DNA from: an uncultured archaeon
Lineage (GTDB): Archaea; Asgardarchaeota; Thorarchaeia; Thorarchaeales; Thorarchaeaceae
Assembly: GCA_964473825.1 (NCBI GenBank)
Contig: CAYYQL010000007.1
Coordinates: forward strand, 46,440 to 110,439
DNA length: 64,000 nucleotides
Direction: 5' to 3'
The notes beneath the pieces were generated by a model. The model saw nothing but the letters and a program-made list of their open reading frames with translations. It did no database searches and had not been told where the DNA came from. The stretch's first letter is position 1. Every line of letters starts with the position of its first letter. Below, piece by piece: positions 1 to 10,203 of the stretch. The translations under genes were made by a program, and so were the position numbers.

Positions 1-905
1 TCGATAAGGGGTATGATGTCCGATGCTTTGATGTGCCTACAAAGAGTAATGAAAAGAAGCAACAGGAACTTCAAAGACTCGGAGGGTTTCAGACAGTCTG
101 GGGAGATATCCGTGATGCTGATGCTGTATCTATGGCAACTCGTGGTATGAATGCAATCATTCACCTAGCGGCCATCATTCCCCCAATGACTGAGAAGTAC
201 CCAGATATTGCTAAAGCCGTGAACGTAGTTGGCACAGCCAACCTGTTGGCTGCTGCAGAGGAAATGCACACCAATCCAAGATTCATCTATGCTAGCTCTG
301 TGGCGACCTTTGGACAATGCAACGGTGATGGCCCACCAAAGACTGCGGCAGATCCTGTATGCGCTACCGATACCTATACCACTCACAAGATCGAGTGCGA
401 GAAGATGGTATGGGAGAGCGGATTACCATGGGCAATACTCAGGTTTGGAGTTGTCACTCCTCTTGCTATTACTAGTGAGTTAGACCCAATAGTGTTCGAG
501 ATTCCTCTGGAACAGCGGATTGAGTTTGTTCATACTAGAGATATTGGTCTAGCATGTGCAAATGCTGTTGAGGCAGATTGTCTGGGGAAGGTGCTTCTTC
601 TCGGGGGCGGGCCCTCATGTCAGATGAGGTATCGTGACCTCGTGCAGGGCATGCTCGATGCAATGGGAGTTGGTATGCTACCGGACAGCGCCTTCAAGCG
701 GCCCACCTGTGAGGAAGAGTGGTATCAAACTGACTGGATGGATACGGAAGAGGCTCAAAGAATTCTTGCGTTCCAGAAGCATGACTTCCAAGATTTCTTG
801 AATGAGTACAAGAAACGCGCTGGAATGAGGCGACATATTGCGAGGCTTTTCAGACCCATAGTACGGCGAAAGCTGCTCTCGGCCTCACCGTACTACAAGG
901 AGTAG
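1..905 (+). CDS. NAD(P)-dependent epimerase/dehydratase (extended SDR), 5'-truncated by window
   Basis: Frame is open from position 3 (DKGYDVRCFDVP). Motifs GDIRD, IIHLAA, VNVVGT, YASS and catalytic YTTHK (YxxxK). The GxxGxxG motif lies upstream of the window. Confidence 0.85.
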   Translation, partial: DKGYDVRCFDVPTKSNEKKQQELQRLGGFQTVWGDIRDADAVSMATRGMNAIIHLAAIIPPMTEKYPDIAKAVNVVGTANLLAAAEEMHTNPRFIYASSVATFGQCNGDGPPKTAADPVCATDTYTTHKIECEKMVWESGLPWAILRFGVVTPLAITSELDPIVFEIPLEQRIEFVHTRDIGLACANAVEADCLGKVLLLGGGPSCQMRYRDLVQGMLDAMGVGMLPDSAFKRPTCEEEWYQTDWMDTEEAQRILAFQKHDFQDFLNEYKKRAGMRRHIARLFRPIVRRKLLSASPYYKE

Positions 906-1070
906 GTGGTCTGACAGGGATTGCCACTGCCCCGATATCGGCAACAAGCCATCTGTTGGTCGCGCAAACTACCGAGAGCACTATGAAGAGTCTGATGCCT
1001 TACCGGCTGGAGAACACCGCTAGAGCATGAAATGGGGAAAGGGGATATCCCTATTTTGTGAATTGGTGTC

Positions 1071-1370
1071 TCACTCGTGCCACGGACTCTGAGGGGTTCT
1101 ATGGTGCCTTCTTGAGGTGTAGTACGGAGTTTCACGCCCGGTACCATTGGTGAACCAGCTAGCGACCCATTTCCCCAAGTATCCGTTGACGATTGCCCCA
1201 ATTGCCACTCTGATGATTGCAGCGATGTTGTAGAATGTGCTAGATGCAACGTTAAGCAGCAATCCGAAAAGCCAGAGGGGTATACCGGCAATCAGGAGTA
1301 GAATCAAGCATCCCGGCAAAACAGCCAGAACGAAAACGGTGGCCAGTGGTAACCGTCCTGCCCCTCTCAA
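1071..1370 (-). CDS. Small hypothetical membrane protein
   Basis: 99-aa ORF with 2-3 hydrophobic segments, filling the gap between two real genes; TTG start. Confidence 0.45.
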   Translation of the reverse strand: MRGAGRLPLATVFVLAVLPGCLILLLIAGIPLWLFGLLLNVASSTFYNIAAIIRVAIGAIVNGYLGKWVASWFTNGTGRETPYYTSRRHHRTPQSPWHE

Positions 1371-1638
1371 CTTGAATACACATGGAACAGTATGGCTATG
1401 AGCACTTATGAACGAAGATCTCTGCCAGACAGCACAGTGTAGCGTTCCATAATCTCGGCTCCCGCGATCAGCATGATTGTTACGGAACTCACCACCGAAC
1501 CCAACTGATGTGGGCCCGTGAGCAGTTCGAGTTAGGTATGTAGCAGAGGCAGATACCAGACACCAAACTAAGATTTAAGGGCAGAAACCTCTGAAAGAGG
1601 CCAATGGCAAACTCTTGATTTGAAGGAGGTTTCCGTCC

Positions 1639-2775
1639 GTGAATGATGTTGTCTTCGAGTGTGAGTTTCTTGGTCGAAACCATGGCAGCATAGAGGTGGA
1701 TAGTGACGTTACGGAGATCAACCTTGTTGAGATGGACATTGTCAGCATCGATCTCAGTCCAATTGTCCGCTGTAGTAACCTCGAGCGCCTGACGCTGTCA
1801 GAAAACCCACTTCGTGACATTGACCTTACACCGCTTGCTCAATGTAAGAAACTGCAGGAACTCTGCCTCCGTTGGAATCAGCTTGACCAAGTAGATTTGA
1901 AGCCCCTTGGTCACCTAGACAATATGATCGAGATTGACATCTCATCAAATGGACTCAGAAGTGTTGACCTAGAACCCCTGAGAGGAAAGCATACGATTCG
2001 TGACCTGTACGTCTCTGCCAATGAGATAAATGAGATTGACCTTTCGCCTCTTGTCGATTGTAGGAGTCTTCGCTATCTTGGTCTGACTCATAACCTCCTA
2101 AAGGACGTGAGTTTGACAGCGTTGAGTCAGTGTCCAAACCTTCGCTATTTGGGCCTTACAAGCAACAGAATAGAGAGTATAGACTTGGGACCCCTTGAAA
2201 ACTGCAGCAGACTCGAGAGAGTCGAACTAGAGCACAACGAGATTGAAGAGCTTGACTTGCGCGCATTGGATACGTGTCGAAGCCTCGAGTACCTCAATCT
2301 GAAATCAAATCGGTTGCAGAGTCTTGACCTCGAACCGCTCAAGCGTTCCACACGACTCCGGTATCTGCTGCTCTCATCCAATTCACTAAAGACCATCGAT
2401 TTGTCGCCGCTACAGAACTGCGAGAACTTAGAACAGCTGCTCCTCGACCACAACGAGTTGCAGCATATGGAGCTGGATCCTCTAAGCCAGATACCCAGCC
2501 TTCGCGAGCTGCGTTTGGGAGCGAATGCATTGACAGAGATTGATCTCTCACCCGTCAAAGGCATGCGAAATCTAAGAACCCTTGATCTTTCAGACAACCC
2601 ACTCGAGCCAGTGAATGTAACTCCCCTCTTCTTCTGTGAAGCACTAAGGAAATTCAATGTCGAGAGATCAACACCGGGTAGGGCGATCCGTTTGATGGCT
2701 GATGGGAATGAAAAGGGAAGGGAAAACTTACCGAGGGCTATAAGGGAGATAGAAGAACGGATTGAGTGGACCTAG
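1639..2775 (+). CDS. Leucine-rich repeat protein (22-aa repeats)
   Basis: About 14 tandem LxxLxLxxNxLxxIDLxPL repeats; GGAGGT Shine-Dalgarno before the GTG start. Confidence 0.92.
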   Translation: MNDVVFECEFLGRNHGSIEVDSDVTEINLVEMDIVSIDLSPIVRCSNLERLTLSENPLRDIDLTPLAQCKKLQELCLRWNQLDQVDLKPLGHLDNMIEIDISSNGLRSVDLEPLRGKHTIRDLYVSANEINEIDLSPLVDCRSLRYLGLTHNLLKDVSLTALSQCPNLRYLGLTSNRIESIDLGPLENCSRLERVELEHNEIEELDLRALDTCRSLEYLNLKSNRLQSLDLEPLKRSTRLRYLLLSSNSLKTIDLSPLQNCENLEQLLLDHNELQHMELDPLSQIPSLRELRLGANALTEIDLSPVKGMRNLRTLDLSDNPLEPVNVTPLFFCEALRKFNVERSTPGRAIRLMADGNEKGRENLPRAIREIEERIEWT

Positions 2776-2805
2776 TACTTCTGAGTAAGCTTCAAGTGCC
2801 GCTGA

Positions 2806-4191
2806 GTGTATGACAGATACATGTGCGGGGATGTCAGCAGACTTCTCCATGAGGCTCGCCAGTGTTTAGACTCGGGAGAATATGAGTTGGCCACTAAGAA
2901 GATAGAGGCAATCCTAGCAGTGGTACCAGAGTCAGATGAGAGCCACGTAAAAGCCCTCGTCCACCTTGGAGAGATTCTCTGGCAACGCGGGAAATACGAC
3001 GAGGCTCGTGATATCCTCAAGCGGGCCCAAGAACTCGGAGAGAAACAAGGATACGTCAGCCTCAGTGCCCGGGCTCAACGACTGACTGGTAATACCCTCA
3101 TCGACCAGGGATTTGGCCAGCTGGCGGAGAGAGCCTATAGCGCAGCTCTGGAGATGTTTGAAAGCGTAGATGATGCTAGGGGAATTGCCCGATGCTACAA
3201 CAACCTCGGTATCGTTAGTGTTGACAAGGGCAATTTCATTGATGCCTTGAGATACTACGAGCAGTCTCTTGATATGCATCGAAAACTTGGGGACGAAGTT
3301 GGAACTGGTATGTGCCTCAACAACATCGGAGAGATCCATCGATTCAAGGGGGAATACGAGCTAGCTGAGGAGTTGTACCAAGAATCACTGATAGGTGATA
3401 CAGAAAGAGGGGATCGGTACGGACAAGCCATTTGCTGGGGCAATCTCGGTGCGGTATCGTATGGCCGGAAAGAATATGCAAAGGCAGAAGAACGCGTGCA
3501 GAGGGCGGTCGAGATATTCAACAAGCTGGGTATTCGTGACCTCGTTTATGTTGAGATTCGAGGACTTCTAGTAGGAATAATGGCTGCTACAAAGCGATTT
3601 GATGGTGGCCAAATCCATCTAGATGCTATCTGGGATGCTGCGGAAACTCTGAACTCCGATGCCGCAGACATCATCTGCCACTTCTATGGTGGTTTGCTGG
3701 CACAGCGTCAATGGAACTTGTCCTTTGCCAGGAAGCACTATAACAACTGTCTTGAGCTCTCAAAGAGAGCACGGTCGTTCGAGTTCGTTCTCCTGTCGCT
3801 GATGCAGCTCGTTGAGATTGAGATGCTACATTACAGAGTGACAGGAGAGGAGCAGTACCTAGAGGCGATGCAGAGAACACTACATCAGGCATTGAATCTC
3901 GCCGAGACTCACAATCTTCACGCACCGCTGGTAGAACTCATGGTCCTGAATGCCCTCTTTCATGTCGAGAGCCAGAATCCTGAGAGAGGTCTGGAATTGC
4001 TGAAAGAAGCAAAGGAGGTCTGCCATAAGAAGGGTTTCGAGTCTAGGGAGAAGACCATCGTGAGTCTTATGGAAGACATCCACATACGGCTTGAGTCCGA
4101 TGCTACAAGTACAGAGACTGTAGAGGCGAAACTCAAACGTCTTCAGGAGTACATAGAGGACTGTCAGCGGGTTGTACTTGCCAGCAAGTAG
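2806..4191 (+). CDS. Tetratricopeptide repeat protein
   Basis: Repeats such as ARCYNNLGIV, GMCLNNIGEIH and AICWGNLGAV (42-aa TPR type). Confidence 0.9.
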   Translation: MYDRYMCGDVSRLLHEARQCLDSGEYELATKKIEAILAVVPESDESHVKALVHLGEILWQRGKYDEARDILKRAQELGEKQGYVSLSARAQRLTGNTLIDQGFGQLAERAYSAALEMFESVDDARGIARCYNNLGIVSVDKGNFIDALRYYEQSLDMHRKLGDEVGTGMCLNNIGEIHRFKGEYELAEELYQESLIGDTERGDRYGQAICWGNLGAVSYGRKEYAKAEERVQRAVEIFNKLGIRDLVYVEIRGLLVGIMAATKRFDGGQIHLDAIWDAAETLNSDAADIICHFYGGLLAQRQWNLSFARKHYNNCLELSKRARSFEFVLLSLMQLVEIEMLHYRVTGEEQYLEAMQRTLHQALNLAETHNLHAPLVELMVLNALFHVESQNPERGLELLKEAKEVCHKKGFESREKTIVSLMEDIHIRLESDATSTETVEAKLKRLQEYIEDCQRVVLASK

Positions 4192-4335
4192 ATTCGTCTC
4201 TCATCACACGAGTTTCTTTAATTGGTCCAAGAATCGTTCTGCCTGTTTTGAGCCCAGACTCCAGAAAGACGGATCGGATATATCGAAACGGAGATGGCGA
4301 GTCAGTTATATGGTGTGCTCGGTTGTTTCCGGTTC

Positions 4336-5019
4336 ATGAACCCGACACGATGCGACTTGCACATTCATACAGACTATTCTGACGCAGTCTGCACCGTTTC
4401 GGATGTAGTCCAGAAAGGCGCCCAGTTGAGGCTTCAAGCTATTGCAATCACGGACCATTTTTGGCCATCATTAGGTTCCAGGCAGAGAGGAAGAGGAATC
4501 ATCAATCGTCGAAGGCAGGAGATAGAGGCCCTCAGATTGGAGCATCCCGAGATGGCCATCTTGGACGGAGCCGAGGTGGACATCAGCTTCGACGGCACTG
4601 TTGCACCCATTTCGGGAGGGCTCGAACAGTTTGATTTGGTCATCGGATCGTTCCATCGTGCATCTGATTCAGTGACTTGGTCAAGAGCTATAGACAGCGC
4701 CCTGAAGAAAACCAGTTTTGATATCTTGGGGCATTGGGACGGCTATCTAAGAGCGTACAGACAATCTGATGGCGAGTTCGTCGCACAGAAACTAGCAGAG
4801 CATAATGTGGCAATTGAACTTAGTACGCGGTATCCAGTGAAATATGCAGAGTTTCTTGAGGTTGCCCGTGAAAGTGGTTGTCTATTCACGTTAGGTAGCG
4901 ATTCGCATAGAACAGAATCCATTGGAAATCTGACTCGACCGAAGAAGCTAGCAGAGGCATACAATCTGCCCCTCTTGGACATTGAGAAGGCCGGGCTGGT
5001 CCCCCGATTACCGAGCTAG
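4336..5019 (+). CDS. PHP-domain phosphoesterase
   Basis: DLHIHT, AITDH, GAEVD, GSFH, GHWD and GSDSH motifs; start moved to the ATG at 4336. Confidence 0.88.
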   Translation: MNPTRCDLHIHTDYSDAVCTVSDVVQKGAQLRLQAIAITDHFWPSLGSRQRGRGIINRRRQEIEALRLEHPEMAILDGAEVDISFDGTVAPISGGLEQFDLVIGSFHRASDSVTWSRAIDSALKKTSFDILGHWDGYLRAYRQSDGEFVAQKLAEHNVAIELSTRYPVKYAEFLEVARESGCLFTLGSDSHRTESIGNLTRPKKLAEAYNLPLLDIEKAGLVPRLPS

Positions 5020-5032
5020 ATGTGGTTTGTTC

Positions 5033-6535
5033 TTACTTCAAATCCGACATCGAACCTATAATGGACTTCAGCAGGTCGTAGATAACACTGACATCTCGTA
5101 TTCGCACCTTCTCATCCGGTGTGTGCGGGTTCTTGATTGTGGGGCCGAGAGAGACCATTTGCATTCCCTCAACTTGAGCACCAATGATTCCACACTCGAG
5201 GCCTGCATGGATTGCCTCCACCTCTACGACATCATCTAGGACCTTCTTATAATGCCGCTTAACATATCGCAAAAACTCGCTCTTTGGCGCTGGCTTCCAT
5301 CCGGGATACGCAGGAGTGAGAGTAACACTCCAGCCGCCCAATTCGCCGAGGTCCCTCAGAGACCTACGGAATGACTCAAGCTCGGCATCATCGTTGCCCC
5401 GCGCAGAGATGTAGATATTCATCTCAGTTCCATCAGTTGACACGATGGCCATGTTGCACGAAGTCTCCACCAGATCAGGTACTTGTGGGGAGAATCTTCG
5501 AGGACCGTGCGGAATCGCATTTGCGGTCTTGATGATTCTATTGCTCTCAGAGATGGCGAAATAAGGTACAGGTTCTGTTGGGCTGAGTTGAATGGTGATG
5601 CTTGGTTCCAAGACCTCAGCATCCGGTGATGCTTCATGATAGTAGGCCATGATAGCAGCCATTTCCTCATTCAATGCGTCATTCATCACAGAGACCTTAT
5701 CGTTCCTTACCCCAAACACTGCCCTCGAATCTCGCGTGATCGCGTTGTGCTTGGTCCCCCCGTTCCAAGATGCAAGAACAGGATGAGCAGAGGCGAGAAT
5801 AGCAGAAAGCAGTCTGGCCACTAGTTTGTTCGCGTTAGCACGGGGTAGATGAATGTCAACACCAGAGTGACCTCCAAGAAGCCCTGAAACCTCCAAATTG
5901 AAGAACGTGAACTCATCTTTGGGTTCTTCCAGTTCCACCTCCTTACGGTACTCGACACCTCCTCCCCCTGCAGAACCAATCGTGATAACTCCCAAGTCCT
6001 CAGAGTCTAGATTGAGCAGATACTTGCTTCTTACTCCAAGACCTTCAACATCTAGCCCAAAAGCCCCAGTCAGGCCAGTTTCTTCGTCAACTGTGAAAAG
6101 CAGCTCCAAAGGACCGTGGCTGAGTTCCTTGTCCTGAATCGTTAGAAGCGCCAAGGCGAGAGCTATCGCAATGCCATTGTCCGCACCCAGTGTCGTCCCA
6201 TCGGCATCTACCCACTCCTCGTTGTCCTGAATTCTAACAGGAATAGGCTCCTTCTCGAAATCAAACCCCTCCAATCGGTCTGATTCACATACCATATCCA
6301 GATGGCCCTGTATCATGAGCGGAGGAGCAGATTCCAGACTTTTGGTCGCAGGGACCCTGATGAGGATGTTACCGGTAGCATCTTCGAGAACCTCCACATT
6401 CACCCCCTGATCTTCGAGCCAAGCACGTATTGCCTTACGAATCCCGACCTCATTCTTTGAGCATCGCGGAATCCTCGCTACTAGATTCTCAAATATTTCC
6501 CAAACATCTCCAGGCTGAAGATTCTCAAGAACCAT
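5033..6535 (-). CDS. pepD: Aminoacyl-histidine (beta-Ala-His) dipeptidase, M20 family
   Basis: QGHLDMVC, TTLGADNG, DEETGLTGA, NLDSED, GGHSG, HAGLECG and HTPDE motifs. Confidence 0.92.
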   Translation of the reverse strand: MVLENLQPGDVWEIFENLVARIPRCSKNEVGIRKAIRAWLEDQGVNVEVLEDATGNILIRVPATKSLESAPPLMIQGHLDMVCESDRLEGFDFEKEPIPVRIQDNEEWVDADGTTLGADNGIAIALALALLTIQDKELSHGPLELLFTVDEETGLTGAFGLDVEGLGVRSKYLLNLDSEDLGVITIGSAGGGGVEYRKEVELEEPKDEFTFFNLEVSGLLGGHSGVDIHLPRANANKLVARLLSAILASAHPVLASWNGGTKHNAITRDSRAVFGVRNDKVSVMNDALNEEMAAIMAYYHEASPDAEVLEPSITIQLSPTEPVPYFAISESNRIIKTANAIPHGPRRFSPQVPDLVETSCNMAIVSTDGTEMNIYISARGNDDAELESFRRSLRDLGELGGWSVTLTPAYPGWKPAPKSEFLRYVKRHYKKVLDDVVEVEAIHAGLECGIIGAQVEGMQMVSLGPTIKNPHTPDEKVRIRDVSVIYDLLKSIIGSMSDLK

Positions 6536-6642
6536 AGCGGGTCACAACCTAGCTGGAATGGTCTGGGACTTAAATCGTTTCTTAGTCAACGGGAGGATTT
6601 TTCAGTCACCAAGCTTATCCCTCGGTCCTAGGTGGTAGACAG

Positions 6643-7515
6643 TTGTTCTTCGATGCCGACCTCACACTCATATTCCGTGACGCCCTGCCATGGGCCGGGG
6701 GACTCTTCCAACTGATAACCGAGTTGGGATCAGAGATCTTCTATGTCGTTGTTATCCTGGTAGGATACTGGGCCTATAAGAAACGAGGCTCGGTGATTCT
6801 CCTGGGAGTTCTTCTTGTCTCGCTTATCTCGAACTACTGGTTGAAATATATGATACAGAATCCAAGACCTGATGAAAGCTACTGGTATGAGGGAGTTGAG
6901 GGCACAAACTACAGCACACCTAGCGGACATGCACAGAACTCTGCAACTTTCTTCGGATGGCTTGGCGTGAAATCAAGAAACGTGGTCGTGTTCAGTTCAT
7001 CGATAATCATTGCCCTTCTGATTGGTGCGTCCCGGGTATATCTCGGAGTCCACTATCTTGGGGACATTCTCATTGGATGGACAATTGGTTTTGCCACCGT
7101 AGCTGTACTATACTTTGCTCAAGAACCCCTTGAGAAGGTGCTCGCGCAATATAGTCTCGAGCAAAAATACGGGGCACTCTTCCTATTTGGTTTCGCGCTA
7201 CTCCTGATTGGCTCACTTCTACCTCAGCCCCCTGATGACAACTTCGGATCACTGGCAGGTCTCGTGATGGGAGTGGCGATTGCATTTCCGCTCGAAGAGC
7301 GATATGTGAATTTCTCGGTAGAAGCCCCCCGGAATCAGAAATGGCGCCTAGTTCTGCGGGTCGTAATAGGACTCGTTCTAGCAATAGGAGTGATGTTCGG
7401 CCTCGCGTCATTGCTTCCCACAACGAATCTCTGGCTGAGAGCACTGAGATATGGGCTTATTGCAGTCGTTGGTGGTTTGGTCTGGCCTGCCGTATTCACA
7501 AGAGTGGATCTATAA
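6643..7515 (+). CDS. PAP2-family membrane phosphatase
   Basis: KxxxxxPRP, PSGHAQ and SRVYLGVHY motifs; multiple TM segments. Confidence 0.9.
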   Translation: MFFDADLTLIFRDALPWAGGLFQLITELGSEIFYVVVILVGYWAYKKRGSVILLGVLLVSLISNYWLKYMIQNPRPDESYWYEGVEGTNYSTPSGHAQNSATFFGWLGVKSRNVVVFSSSIIIALLIGASRVYLGVHYLGDILIGWTIGFATVAVLYFAQEPLEKVLAQYSLEQKYGALFLFGFALLLIGSLLPQPPDDNFGSLAGLVMGVAIAFPLEERYVNFSVEAPRNQKWRLVLRVVIGLVLAIGVMFGLASLLPTTNLWLRALRYGLIAVVGGLVWPAVFTRVDL

Positions 7516-8418
7516 GAGAAGATCTGTTTCATGCTGCAAAGAGAACTCGAAACCGATCTCGTCGGCATGTCTTAGAACCAGTGCATCCACCATTTTCGAC
7601 ACAAGGAATCTGGCAGCTGTTCTGTCAATACCGGATAGGTTGATGATTTCGGCCACAGTGCTTGAACCGTCGAACCGTGAAAGCAGTCTGACGATTTCGG
7701 GGTACTGATGTGTGATTGCTTCAGTGGGCTCGCCCACCTTGATAAGAACACAGTCATCACTGACCTTTCGCTTGAGTTGTACGTGCCCATGATGAATGAG
7801 AATTGACAGAAGAGCAACGGACTCATCCTTGGGTAGAGGAACACTCTCGATGATCTTACGGATGTTACGTTTGCCATTGATGTATTTCTCAAGGACATCA
7901 AGGTGTGTGTCAATCTTTCCCACTCGATAGTTGATTCTTCGCCCATCCGTAACGCACGGGATGAGTTCCGGGTCAACCTTGGTAAGTGGAAATGCAGTAA
8001 CGATGTTCAACGCGAACTCACGGAAGACCCTGATATCTCCCTCATAGTGTTCCAGAATATTAGAAAACCTTCCCTCAAATTCCGCAATCAGATTGACAAG
8101 TTTCTTTCGATATGGCTCTGGGGCAGTAACTTCATTCAGGCCGATAACTGCAAGAACCTCTGCACCAATCTCGAAGATCACGCTGGAACGGCCCCACTGG
8201 ACAGTTCTTAGTCCATTCTTGGCGACGGTCATTATTGCTTTGATCAGAGCCGCCAACAGATCTGGATCAACCTCTCTGCGGGAATCACTCGCAAGCTTGG
8301 AACTCACCGGTCCATCTGCATAGGAGACCCGAACTAGCAGTTCACCGCTTATCAATCGGATTATCATGACATAGCTGATACTGGAATTGTCTGATTGCCC
8401 GTACATACACGCTCCCAA
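7510..8418 (-). CDS. Longin-like domain plus tandem winged-helix protein (NPRL2-like architecture)
   Basis: N-terminal longin-like pattern (YVMIIRLISGELL ... LIAEFEGRFSNILEHYEGDIRVF), then two wHTH units (YINGKRNIRKI; FDGSSTVAEI). Confidence 0.6.
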   Translation of the reverse strand: MGACMYGQSDNSSISYVMIIRLISGELLVRVSYADGPVSSKLASDSRREVDPDLLAALIKAIMTVAKNGLRTVQWGRSSVIFEIGAEVLAVIGLNEVTAPEPYRKKLVNLIAEFEGRFSNILEHYEGDIRVFREFALNIVTAFPLTKVDPELIPCVTDGRRINYRVGKIDTHLDVLEKYINGKRNIRKIIESVPLPKDESVALLSILIHHGHVQLKRKVSDDCVLIKVGEPTEAITHQYPEIVRLLSRFDGSSTVAEIINLSGIDRTAARFLVSKMVDALVLRHADEIGFEFSLQHETDLLL

Positions 8419-8493
8419 CTAAATTCGTTCCACCCAGAAGAAGAAAAATGCTTCGGTGGTCATCAGATCCCGAACAGACTCATGACCCCTGTG

Positions 8494-10203
8494 TCAGAGG
8501 TACTCAGATGCCTCTATCTGTGCCAGTTTCACACCAGCACTTCGCGAATAGTGCTTCATTATCTGCCAACATACGATACCGTAGACCGGCAATACAATAT
8601 ATGAAAACGGTACACCAATGGATATCCCAAGCATGATCATCGAGAATGTTCCCAGATACCCCACAACGTTGGGTAAGAGCTGAGCACGAAGTATAGACCA
8701 GCCTCGAATCGGCATCTGAACAGAAGAACCCCTCTGTCTGGTCACCATCCGTTCAGCCTTGAAATCACCGCCAAGAGCAGCTGCATTGGCTGCAACTCCC
8801 CCCGAAGCCAGATTCGTGAACACTGCCGCAGCAACGACCATGGGGATATAGAACCAGAAGGATGGGTACACTACTAGGATAAGTACTCCTACGAGGATGC
8901 TTGCAGCCACCGTGAAGGGTACTGCGGAATAGACTTTCCCGCGTACGTAGTCTTCCATATTGGCAGCAGCAAGTTGCAGGTTCTGGAGATTCTTACCCTC
9001 GTAGACGGTCTCATAGCCAGCAAAGTAGAGTCCGTAGGACGTTGAAAAGGGAATGAGAGCTGCAATCATGAGGAATGGTGCGAAAAAGCCCATCCCTTCT
9101 GGATTGGTCAGGATAGGAATAAAGAAGAATATGACAAACTGAAGCGGCCCCATCAGATACCGCGCAAATACTCGAGATTCGCGGCGGATGTTCGTGATAT
9201 TGTACCAGATAGAGGTGCTAATGGTCTTGTTGAACTTGATGCCCGGTATGGGTTGCGGGTCCCATGGCTTGTGTTCTATGATCTTCTCTTCTTTCGAGCT
9301 GCGTTTCGACCCGCTCATGAGCCAGCCGCTGTAGTGGGCTTTCTCACTGACTATGGCGTTGAGATAGACGAGGCTGCCACCAAGCACAATATAGAAAATC
9401 GTCGATGCAATCTCATAAGACCCGAACTCTGCCCCCACTAGAAGGCCGAGCGTGATCACGCTCACTGTATACCCCGGCGTCAGGTCCGAGGCTAGACCGA
9501 TTTGTTGAGCTAGCTCGAACAACCAGTCAAACACAAACGAGTTATTGGAGGAATAGAGAAAGTAGTACCATACAACGGTGAAGATAATCGCCATGGTGCT
9601 CATAAGGAAGTACCCCACCTGACGGAGTTTCCGCCGACCTGCAACAACCCGTGAGAATAACAGACCTAGAAGACCACCAAACGAAACACCAATCGTAACC
9701 AGCACTAGAACGAGAACCAGATATGAAAGCACTGCAACAAAGGCCAAGGGGAGAGGGGACACGATACTCAGACCAATGATGATTGGAGAGCCGATCACCA
9801 GCCAGAGAAGTGAGCTGTAGACGATGATGATAATCGTCTTCTCTAAGAACAGTGTCCGAAGAGAGATTGGCATCGTCATGAGATACTCCATCCTCTTGCT
9901 ATTGGCAACAGTAGTGGCTGACACCATGATTGAACCTATGAACGAAAATAGCACTATGACGTTAAACAATGTAGATCCGACGGCCAGATTCTCGAGAATG
10001 AGACTAGCAATCATGTTCCAGCCAAAGAGAGGTACAATCCAGACTACAGCCAGAACAATGGCAACGGCTACAGCCACGGCGATAATGGGACCGAGAAACC
10101 TCCGAAGAGCACTCTTCTGCTCAGAACGCCGACCTGTGCCTCCCAGTCGGAAGGTCTGATTAAGGTCCTGCCTGAGCAAAATCATCAGATCTCTAAGGCT
10201 CAA
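8494..10203 (-). CDS. ABC exporter permease (duplicated ABC-2-like membrane domain)
   Basis: About 12-14 TM segments; EYLMTMPISLRTLFLEK motif; 4-bp overlap with the ABC ATPase gene. Confidence 0.8.
   Translation of the reverse strand: MSLRDLMILLRQDLNQTFRLGGTGRRSEQKSALRRFLGPIIAVAVAVAIVLAVVWIVPLFGWNMIASLILENLAVGSTLFNVIVLFSFIGSIMVSATTVANSKRMEYLMTMPISLRTLFLEKTIIIIVYSSLLWLVIGSPIIIGLSIVSPLPLAFVAVLSYLVLVLVLVTIGVSFGGLLGLLFSRVVAGRRKLRQVGYFLMSTMAIIFTVVWYYFLYSSNNSFVFDWLFELAQQIGLASDLTPGYTVSVITLGLLVGAEFGSYEIASTIFYIVLGGSLVYLNAIVSEKAHYSGWLMSGSKRSSKEEKIIEHKPWDPQPIPGIKFNKTISTSIWYNITNIRRESRVFARYLMGPLQFVIFFFIPILTNPEGMGFFAPFLMIAALIPFSTSYGLYFAGYETVYEGKNLQNLQLAAANMEDYVRGKVYSAVPFTVAASILVGVLILVVYPSFWFYIPMVVAAAVFTNLASGGVAANAAALGGDFKAERMVTRQRGSSVQMPIRGWSILRAQLLPNVVGYLGTFSMIMLGISIGVPFSYIVLPVYGIVCWQIMKHYSRSAGVKLAQIEASEYL

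Noticed and set aside
1639-2775. Periodic DNA similarity suggesting a repeat array or CRISPR
   Set aside because: It is the 66-bp periodicity of LRR codons within an ORF; there are no identical repeats with unique spacers.
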